IMG/VR virus record: IMGVR_UViG_3300030613_000004 | Origin: a virus | Length of the DNA stretch: 45,752 bases | Reading direction: 5' to 3' (one strand) | In this document: positions 7,683-15,600 of the stretch, in pieces | Layout of the letters: the number at the start of each line of letters is the position of its first letter | How positions within the stretch are numbered: the stretch's first letter is position 1 | The notes under the pieces: generated by a model | Database searches by the model: none | What the model saw: only the letters and a program-made list of their open reading frames with translations | Told to the model about the DNA's origin: nothing | Made by a program: the position numbers and the translations under genes

Positions 7683-7711
7683 AGTATCGGACCCATCCCC
7701 AGTCTTGTCAA
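7683..7711 (-). promoter_or_regulatory. Sigma70-like promoter for the leftward cassette
   Basis: Minus strand reads TTGACA (7711-7706), a 17-nt spacer, then GATACT (7688-7683). Confidence 0.5.
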
Positions 7712-7755
7712 GGCCTTTTCACACGACTTTTCGATTACGTAGTTGTTTCGGTCAA

Positions 7756-7785
7756 TTGTTGGCTTATTCCCCCTTGTGGTACACT
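7756..7785 (+). promoter_or_regulatory. Promoter-like element abutting the terS-like start (leaderless geometry)
   Basis: TTGTTG (7756-7761), then TGgTACACT (extended -10, hexamer 7780-7785). The ATG at 7792 begins 7 nt after the hexamer. Confidence 0.4.
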
Positions 7786-7791
7786 CTGCCC

Positions 7792-8223
7792 ATGACCACC
7801 GACTTGCAGCCCCAGCCCGATAGCCTCGCCCTAGACCCGAAGCTTGAACAGGCCGCGAAAGTGATTGCATGGGGCGGCACTAGACAGCGCGCAGCCCAGG
7901 TTGCCGACTGCTCGCAACGCTACCTGTACTACCAGCTCGCTAATAACGAGCCCTTCCAGCAACGTATCGCTGAACTCCAGGACGGCGAAACTTCCCGCCT
8001 CACTCGCATCGCCAGAGGCAAGGGCGGCATCGCTCTCTCCCTCCTCGTCGGCATCGCTAAGGGCCACATCCAAGCTAACCCTGAACGCCTACGCGCTATC
8101 TTCCGCCTCCTCGATTACTCCCTCGGTTCCCCTTCCCAGGCTGGCGCTAACCTCGCCGCTGAAGTCCAGGGCGCAGACGGTAGCATCATCCGCGTCATGG
8201 TAGGCCATAGGCCTAAGACGTAG
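7792..8223 (+). CDS. HTH protein, putative terminase small subunit
   Basis: 143 aa. TRQRAAQVADCSQRYLYYQL is HTH-like. It is the first gene of the late block, upstream of terL. The call rests on position and size only. Confidence 0.45.
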   Translation: MTTDLQPQPDSLALDPKLEQAAKVIAWGGTRQRAAQVADCSQRYLYYQLANNEPFQQRIAELQDGETSRLTRIARGKGGIALSLLVGIAKGHIQANPERLRAIFRLLDYSLGSPSQAGANLAAEVQGADGSIIRVMVGHRPKT

Positions 8224-8485
8224 GGCGCAGAGTGAGCCAGATACGGGAGACTGGTTAGCCCTGTGCGTTGTGCAGGCCACAGCATATCGCTACCCCCACC
8301 CGCACACAGCTACGATTCCCCCTTCCCAAGCCTCTTGTTTATGGCTGTTATGTGAACTAGAGACTCGGCCCATGCCCCACCAGGCAGGGGGTAGGGGGAG
8401 GGCAGCACCCCCAATGGCACTCCCTGTAGTAGTAGTCTGGTGTAGTGTCTTGGGTTCAAAGAAAAAAGACCCCGTGACGGGCATA

Positions 8486-8514
8486 TTGACCTAGCGTGAC
8501 AGGCATGCTAGGGT
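8486..8514 (+). promoter_or_regulatory. Promoter-like element abutting the homing-endonuclease start (leaderless geometry)
   Basis: TTGACC (8486-8491), 17 nt, TAGGGT (8509-8514). ATG 8521 begins 7 nt after the hexamer and has no SD. Confidence 0.4.
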
Positions 8515-8520
8515 AGGCTC

Positions 8521-9003
8521 ATGCTAGAGACGGACCTAGGCTGGGCAGCGGGCTTCATTGATGGAGAAGGCAGTATTTCCATCTTTCGCTGCAATGGCAA
8601 GACTTGGCGGTCGGCGGACAAGTATCGACTGGAACTAGAGGTCACCCAATGCGACACGTTACCGCTGGAGCGGTTAAAGGAAATTCTCGGTGGGTACATC
8701 GAGCCTCGTCGACAGCGGTTAAACCCAAACTGGAGTCCGGCGTGGCGCTGGAAGCTAAGGGGTTGGACAACTATCCCAGTGCTGCAACTGCTGATGCCGT
8801 ATCTGGTGGTAAAGCGGCCTCAGGCTGAGTTGGCTCTCAAGTTCTATCGGAATCGCCAAACAATGGCTGGTGCGGGCGCATGGTACAAGGCTGAGATGGG
8901 AAAACTTAACGTGAGGGGTCGTGCTCGGCACGTCGCGGGATCAGGTGTGGGGGCTACGGTCAGGTTACATCAGCAGGCCGAGTTGAATTTAGAGAGAATC
9001 TGA
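8521..9003 (+). CDS. LAGLIDADG-family homing endonuclease (single motif)
   Basis: LGWAAGFIDGEGSISI near the N-terminus is the LAGLIDADG motif. 160 aa. Free-standing between the terS-like gene and terL. Confidence 0.75.
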   Translation: MLETDLGWAAGFIDGEGSISIFRCNGKTWRSADKYRLELEVTQCDTLPLERLKEILGGYIEPRRQRLNPNWSPAWRWKLRGWTTIPVLQLLMPYLVVKRPQAELALKFYRNRQTMAGAGAWYKAEMGKLNVRGRARHVAGSGVGATVRLHQQAELNLERI

Positions 9004-9155
9004 TGGCATGGAAAGGGAAGAAGCCGGAGGCTGTCTGGCACAACTGCCAGGAGTGTGGGGCGTCGTTCAAGGGACAGAAGGGCGCGAAGTTCTGTAGCCA
9101 CGCCTGCCGGAGTCGGGCGTGGAGGAAGAGGCATGGGGGCACCTTGACACCCTAG
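9003..9155 (+). CDS. 50-aa zinc-ribbon protein (below the ORF-track cutoff)
   Basis: ATG overlaps the upstream TGA. Translation MAWKGKKPEAVWHNCQECGASFKGQKGAKFCSHACRSRAWRKRHGGTLTP. CxxC...FCSxxCR is a common phage small-protein pattern. Confidence 0.55.
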   Translation: MAWKGKKPEAVWHNCQECGASFKGQKGAKFCSHACRSRAWRKRHGGTLTP

Positions 9156-9173
9156 GCCTGACCGTGTGATAGT
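9144..9173 (+). promoter_or_regulatory. Late promoter-like element upstream of terL
   Basis: TTGACA (9144-9149), 18 nt, GATAGT (9168-9173) preceded by TGT. The 14-mer GTGTGATAGTGCGA (9164-9177) is identical to 19187-19200. Confidence 0.5.
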
Positions 9174-9190
9174 GCGATCCGAGGGGCGCG

Positions 9191-10582
9191 GTGCTACAGG
9201 CCGCGCCTTTGCCTGTCTACTTCGAGTTCGAGCCCCTTCCGGGTACGGCCCAGGAAGCGTTCTGGTGGGCCTGTACCAACCCCGTCCTCACTGAGCGCCC
9301 AGGGTTCCCGGCGCTCATTGGTGCGCCTGGCGTGGGCAAGACCCACTGCGGCGGTGCCGCCAACATGATGAACGGCATCGAGTATCCCTCTGTCTATCAG
9401 GTGCTGGCCCCCTCCTACCGTAACCACATGCTGATGGCGACTCTCCCCAAGTACAAGGAGTTTCTCTGGTCCCTACACCAGCAGAGCCTCAAGGAGTTCA
9501 AAAAGCCCTTCATCAGCCTCACGGCGGACGGGAAGATATACCACGAGACGAAGCAGCAGATAGAGCTGACGAACGGCAGCGTCTTCTACTTCCGGTCCAC
9601 CGACGACCCGGACAAGCTCTACGGCGGCACCATGGGAGGCATTCACGCCGACGAGGCGGGGCTCATGCCCGAGCAGGTCGTGGCCATCCTCCCGGCCCGT
9701 CTCCGGGCGCCGGGCACACCCCAGCAGTTCATCGTGACGTTTACACCCAAGGGATCGGGGAAGCACTGGACGAACCGATGGTATGGGCGACAGGTGAAGC
9801 AGGCCAAGGAAGCCCTGGCGCGAGGGGAGCCGGGGTTAGGAATAGACAGGGATTACCCCGTCTTCGGCCTCAACATGAAGGACAACCCCAACAACTCGGC
9901 CCGCATGATCGCCCGTCTGGAAGAGGAGTCCAAGACCAACCCCTTCGCCCGCCAGGAACTCTACTGGGACTGGATGGACGTGGGAGGGCTCATCTACGCC
10001 GCCTTCCAGGAATCCACCCACGTCCGGCCCAAGCCCCTTGACCTCATCTTCACCCGCTACGCGGCGGGCATCGACTTCGGCATGAGTTCGCCTACCGTGA
10101 TTGAGGTGGCGGCCGAGGACACGAACGGGAGACGGTGGTTCACGGGCGAGTTCTCGCGGACCTTCTGTTCGGGTGAGCAGCTCCTCAAGGCCTGCTTCGA
10201 CACCATGGATCAGTATCCGGGCATCCGGTTCTACTGCGACCCCCACGACCCCGCCAAAATCGACTGGCTGCGCCGCAACATGGTGCCGGCCGTCAAGGCC
10301 GACCCTTCTCTAAACAGCAGGGTTACGCTGACTTGGGATTACCTCACCATTAAGCCCGATGGCCTTCCCGGACTCTTCTACACCCCCGACTGCGTGAACC
10401 TCATCGCGGAGGCGGAGTCCTGGTCATGGAAGGCCACGGCGGGACCGGGGGGGCAGGTGACATATGACGACGTGGAGCCCCACGCCCACCACTCGGACGC
10501 GGCGGGATACGCCATGGTGGCCCTGGGACGGACATTCGAGCCCATGCGGGTCGTGTGGGGCAGGGAGAAGGTGACAGCCTGA
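9191..10582 (+). CDS. terL: terminase large subunit
   Basis: ALIGAPGVGKTH (Walker A), GGIHADEAG (Walker B-like) and AAGIDFG (start of the nuclease domain). 463 aa, directly upstream of the portal-sized gene. Confidence 0.85.
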   Translation: MLQAAPLPVYFEFEPLPGTAQEAFWWACTNPVLTERPGFPALIGAPGVGKTHCGGAANMMNGIEYPSVYQVLAPSYRNHMLMATLPKYKEFLWSLHQQSLKEFKKPFISLTADGKIYHETKQQIELTNGSVFYFRSTDDPDKLYGGTMGGIHADEAGLMPEQVVAILPARLRAPGTPQQFIVTFTPKGSGKHWTNRWYGRQVKQAKEALARGEPGLGIDRDYPVFGLNMKDNPNNSARMIARLEEESKTNPFARQELYWDWMDVGGLIYAAFQESTHVRPKPLDLIFTRYAAGIDFGMSSPTVIEVAAEDTNGRRWFTGEFSRTFCSGEQLLKACFDTMDQYPGIRFYCDPHDPAKIDWLRRNMVPAVKADPSLNSRVTLTWDYLTIKPDGLPGLFYTPDCVNLIAEAESWSWKATAGPGGQVTYDDVEPHAHHSDAAGYAMVALGRTFEPMRVVWGREKVTA

Positions 10583-12435
10583 TGCTGAACGATAAAGAGG
10601 CGTCTGAACTCATCACCGAACTCTACAACGGGTTCGGGGGCTTCCGAAGCGCCTGCGACGACAACGACAAAATCCGCAAGGGAAAGCAGGCAATCCCCCT
10701 CCCTGAACTCTACAAGGACGAGTTTGTGCCCCTGCATCACTCCTATGAGGGCCAGCACGCCTACAACGTCCTCATGCAGGAGCGAGCCCGCGCAAACCCC
10801 GTTTACTCCATCTACTCCAGGGCCATACAGAGCGAGAGACAGGAGGGCGCTCAGAACTTCGAGCACTACATGAACCGCCAGCTCGTCATCTGGTTCGAGA
10901 CCCCGATTTTTGACCTCACAGGGGCCGACCAGATAGGACGCGGGGCGGGCATGTACAAACTCGACCTGCGGACAGCCCCAACCGAAAACGGCAAGTACGA
11001 CGTGTGGCCGGATAAGCCCTCTAAGAACGGGCAGGAACCCAAGGACTGGGCCAAGGAAGTCGATGGGTACAAACTCAGGACTCCCACACCCTTCGTCCTG
11101 GAGGCCGTGGACATCCGGGCCGTGGCCTGGGAGAGGGGCCGCGACGAGCGGGTAGTTAGCGCCGCCGAGAAGTCAAAGCGCAAAGTGCTGAACATCGCCC
11201 AACTCTATGGGTGGGAAGTCAGAAACGGCCGGATTGCCCAGTTGGGGCCGGCGCTTCCTGAGGGTTATGCCGTTGATCCCAACCACAAGAGCGTCGAGTT
11301 CGCCGAACTCTGCACCGCCGACCGGATTTACCACGTCATCGCCAACGTGGGGGACCAGGGTGGCCCCTCACACCGCATCGTCGGCAGTTACCCTAACCCC
11401 TTTGGAGCCTGCCGCTACATCCTGGCCCCCGGCCTGGTTCGTCAGGAAACCCTGCCCGAGGAGCGCTACATTCCGCTCATTGAGGGCGCACTCAAAGTGG
11501 CCGACGAGCGCTCCTACTTCGGCACCATGCGGAAGTTCGCCGCCGCCATCAACGCCCTGCCTATCCCTGACATCCTGACCGACGAGAACGGTGTTGTCCA
11601 ATACGATACGAAGACAGGCAAGCCCGTCACTATCAAGTTGGGCGTCTTCACCCCCAGCGAGTACCAAATTCCTCCGGGTTCCAAAATCCAGCCTCGGTTT
11701 CAGGGCGTCGTGACTGAGATGGACCGCTACGACGCCATGCTCCAGCAGGAACTCCAGCGCTACGGTCCCTCCGAGGTGTTGACGGGCGGGAGCGCCGGCG
11801 AACGTGAGGCCGCCTGGGCACTGGCCCTCCGGGGCGAGAAGGCTGAGGGCGGCATCGCCCCCGTCATCGAAGGCCAGCGGAAGGCCCTGAGAGAGATCGC
11901 CCGCCAGACCGCCTGGTGCGTCAAGAACTACCTCAAGGAGGACGTGCTGATCTGGACCGTGCTCACGGACGAGTTCGGCAAGCAGAACCGTGAGCAAGTC
12001 AGGGTCAAGCCGGACGACATCGAGGAAGACTTCGACATCGACGTGGACATGGGGTACAAGAACACCGCCCTCCAGCTCGCCAACCGAGGCTCACTCAGGG
12101 AAGGGTGGGTCGACGGCAATATCAGCCGCCGCAGGGTTCAGGAGGAAGGCTGGAACGTCTCCGACGCCGCCGCTGAAGACCGGCAGATCGAGTTGGAGAA
12201 AATAGAGGAAGTTCTCAAGCAGATCGTCCTCTGGCCCGCTATCCAGGCTGCCGTCCCTGCCGCCAGAGAAGCGCTGGGCCTTCCCCCTGCCCCACCTGAG
12301 GAGATCGCGGCCATGCAGGCGGCCGTCTTCGGGCTGGAGACCCAACCTCAGCCTGGTAAGCGGGAGGCGGCCGGCGGCGTCCATACGACGGGTGAAGCCG
12401 CTCCAACACCCATCCGGCAGAGGATATTGCAGTGA
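10582..12435 (+). CDS. portal protein (putative)
   Basis: 617-aa ORF. ATG 10582 overlaps the terL stop. The call rests on position and size. Confidence 0.6.
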   Translation: MLNDKEASELITELYNGFGGFRSACDDNDKIRKGKQAIPLPELYKDEFVPLHHSYEGQHAYNVLMQERARANPVYSIYSRAIQSERQEGAQNFEHYMNRQLVIWFETPIFDLTGADQIGRGAGMYKLDLRTAPTENGKYDVWPDKPSKNGQEPKDWAKEVDGYKLRTPTPFVLEAVDIRAVAWERGRDERVVSAAEKSKRKVLNIAQLYGWEVRNGRIAQLGPALPEGYAVDPNHKSVEFAELCTADRIYHVIANVGDQGGPSHRIVGSYPNPFGACRYILAPGLVRQETLPEERYIPLIEGALKVADERSYFGTMRKFAAAINALPIPDILTDENGVVQYDTKTGKPVTIKLGVFTPSEYQIPPGSKIQPRFQGVVTEMDRYDAMLQQELQRYGPSEVLTGGSAGEREAAWALALRGEKAEGGIAPVIEGQRKALREIARQTAWCVKNYLKEDVLIWTVLTDEFGKQNREQVRVKPDDIEEDFDIDVDMGYKNTALQLANRGSLREGWVDGNISRRRVQEEGWNVSDAAAEDRQIELEKIEEVLKQIVLWPAIQAAVPAAREALGLPPAPPEEIAAMQAAVFGLETQPQPGKREAAGGVHTTGEAAPTPIRQRILQ

Positions 12436-12686
12436 AACGCAACAAGCACGACATCCTCATGCAAGAGGCGGTGAAGAGGGTAGTGGAATCGGCGGAGTTC
12501 TGGGTGAATTACATCACAGACGGCGGGAAAACCTTGCCCATCGGTGCCTCCCCAGAAACCAAGGGTGAGAGGGCACAGCGACTCGCCATGGAGGCCGGTA
12601 TGTTGCCACAACTCATGGCTGAGAACCCGCAACATGCCCAGGATGTAATGGCGGAAATCAACCGCTTTATGGGTGAGGAAGAATGA
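12432..12686 (+). CDS. hypothetical protein
   Basis: GTG overlaps the portal stop and the stop overlaps the next ATG. Confidence 0.5.
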   Translation: MKRNKHDILMQEAVKRVVESAEFWVNYITDGGKTLPIGASPETKGERAQRLAMEAGMLPQLMAENPQHAQDVMAEINRFMGEEE

Positions 12687-15600
12687 GCCCAGGTGCCGTC
12701 AGCACCGTAGACCGCATCCTCGAAGACGAGCGGGCCAAGAGACGCAAGAAGGCCCGATTCCGCCAGGTCGAGGCGGAACTTCAGCCGGTGGCTCCGCCGC
12801 AGATGGCTCCCTCCGCTGCGGCTGTTGAGCCTGTGGGGGCCGCCCCCGCTCCCCTATCTTCATCGCTCCCAACCGGGGCGGCCCCCACCACACCACGCGA
12901 GACCCTGCGGAAGGTGGAGCAACTGCTTCAGCCCAGCGCTACGCCCAGCGTGCGGGAGATGCTCAGTCCTCAGCAGCAACGTGTCTTGGGCGCGGGCCAG
13001 CAGATGATGGCGACGGCGGAGACGGTGCGCGGGCGCTACGCGCAGGAGAAGGCAACACAACTCGCGGCTACCCCCGGCGGGCCTTCCCTGGGCGAGCGCC
13101 AGGCGGCGGGCATACCAGGCACCCGCGAGGAGGCCGTGCCCCCGCTCACTCGCGCTGTTGCTCCGCCCTCCAGGGGCGAGAACCCGCTGGGCGCGCTGGA
13201 GATACTGGACAAGCCCCGTCAATTCGTGAAAGAGAACATCATCGAGCCCGCGTTGCCCTACACGCCGATGGCCCTTACCGTTGACGCTCTCAAGAAGATC
13301 GGCGTATCCGACAAGATTGCTGGTCCTCTTTACGGTTTCGTATCAGGTGGCCCGATTGGCGGCCTCCTGGGTTCGCTCTCAGAGGACCAGCAGGCCGAGG
13401 CCCTGTCTTATGTGCTCGACCCTGCCAATGTTGCCTTCATGCCAGGCAAGAGCTTGGAGGCGGCACGGGTGCTCGTGCGGGCAACACCTAAGCTGGGGGA
13501 ACGCCTGGCCGTGCGTCTGGGCGAGAGCAAGCTGGCCCAGGGGTTGGGTGAGGCCGTTGTGCGCGGCGAGGCGGGGATGCTGGGGAAGCCTGCCAGAATC
13601 CCAACGCCCGAAGAGTTGGACGATGCAGGTGCCATTCTTATGAAGGCGCGTACAGGAGAGCCAGTCGGCCCTGTAGTAGTAATGCGAGGGCGAGGCGGGC
13701 CGACCGCCACGGGCCGAACAGGCACCTTTCTCACGACTAATCCCGTTGAGGCATCTGGATTCGCAACTGTGCTTCGCGGAGGTGGCCGTGAATTGCCGAT
13801 AGGCTCACGAGTCACGGGTTACACATTCTCGGCCCAGAATCCTCTCGTTGTGGATCAGAAAAAGACTGCCTTCAAGGCTCTTCAGAGATTGGGTGCCATT
13901 CCTCAAAATGTTCCGGCGAATATCGCTGAAATCGAGTTCGATACCCTGCTGGCTACTGGGGCCAGAAATCAAGGCTATGACGCCATACTCTTCACGGGGA
14001 AGGCGGGCAAACTACCTGGATTTCGCCGTGTGGAGGTATTAGACCTTGGCTCTTTGCGCGAGGCCGTCGTGAAGGGGGAGGCGGGTGGCCTGGATTTGGG
14101 CGGGGTCTTCGGCTCGCTGCCAGAAGGCGAGGCCATGCGGCCGCTTTCTGCCTTGGATGACACGACACGCGCCCTAGACTACTTCCTTGGAGCCCCGAAG
14201 TCTGAGGAGGCCCAGCGTACACTCATCCGTCGCTATGAGGGTGAGGTGACGGCGGATTTGAGTCTCTACAAAGCTGAAGCCGATGGTCTCCGCTCCCGCG
14301 CCACAGCAACAGGCCTGAAGTTCGCCAACAAGCCGACCCGTGACGTGCCGCCCATCGTTCAGGCTCTTGATTACGAGGGTTCGATTGACGACGCCGTGCG
14401 GGCCTTGAACCTGACGCCGGAAGAAGAAGGACTTGCCCGTGAACTCCGCCGTGTTATGGACGCTGAGAGTGCGCTGCTCAAGCGCGATGTGCCCAACTTC
14501 AGCTTCCGTGAGTTCTACTGGCCGCACGAGTTGACTGTTCCACCCAAGCCTCTGAGGACCTTTCGGGGTCGGCCTGTTGGTGCAAAGCCTGGGTTCACTA
14601 AGGCGCGGCGATTGCAAGGGACACTTGTCGAGAAGTTGGAACAGCGACCCGATCTGGCACTCTACACCGACGATCCTGTTGCTATGTTGGAGCGGCGCGT
14701 CTATCAAGGCACACTCTACCGTCAGCAATTCGTCCTGATAGACCAGATGAAGCGCGTCGGCTTGGCGGTACGGAAGTCGCAACTAGTTCCGGAGGCGGCA
14801 GGCACTTGGCGAACACCTAAGGATGTCCTCGCCTTTAACCCGCGTCCCGTGCCTGGGAAACCCGAACTTTTCACTGAGCCGTGGGTTGTGCCCAACGAGA
14901 TCGCCAGCGCCATCGAAGACAACTTCGGTGTGTCCGCCTTTTCCTCAACCATCTCACTGAAGGTTCTACGCGATACTGTAGCGGGCTTGAAGTTCGTCAA
15001 GACCTTCGGTGGGCTCTTCCAGCACATCGACTATGCCATGCGAACGCTGGCAGCGGCGACGCAGTACCGCGACATTAGCATGGTGGCGACGATCCCCAAG
15101 GCCTTCGGGAGGGGCTTCGTGCCCGGTCTCGACGCCAAGATGCTCGCCTGGGAGGCGAAGAGCATGGACGCAGGCGCCGTCGCCCGACGTGCTCTCTTGA
15201 AGCATGGGATCAACACACAGGCGGGCCTCGCCTTCATGGGCCGCGAGTACGAGGCGATGGCCCGCGAGTTCTTCCTGTACCGGACGCCGTTCATCGGTAA
15301 AGCCATCAAGGCGTTTGGGTCCGGCACGTTCGTCAACGCGCATCGTGAGTACATGCTGGACATCGGCCAGAAGATGGTCGCTGGCTACCGGCGAGGCGGT
15401 ATGAGCCTGGACGAAGCGGCGGCTAAGGTCGCCTTGGATATGAACGAGCGCTTTTCCTCGCTTCCAGCCTGGCAGAGCGTCTTCCGCAGTCCGACGCACC
15501 GCGACGTGATGCGGACGGCCTTTTTCTCGATGGCGGAGCAGGAATCATGGATCAGGATGCCGTTCCGCCAGAAGGCATTTTTTGCCAGCATCCTCGTCAA

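Noticed and set aside
8440-8480. GGGTTCAAAG resembling a tRNA T-loop. GAGTTCGAAGC at ~39015 is a similar case.
   Set aside because: The flanks cannot form a T-stem, acceptor stem or anticodon arm. No tRNA gene is supported.
13673-13939. Possible ADP-ribosyltransferase R-S/T-E triad in the 1451-aa protein: VVVMRGRGG, FLTTN, AEIEF.
   Set aside because: The Arg to Ser/Thr spacing is only ~16 residues, much shorter than in known R-S-E ARTs (about 35-55). This is motif-level resemblance only and I cannot support it.
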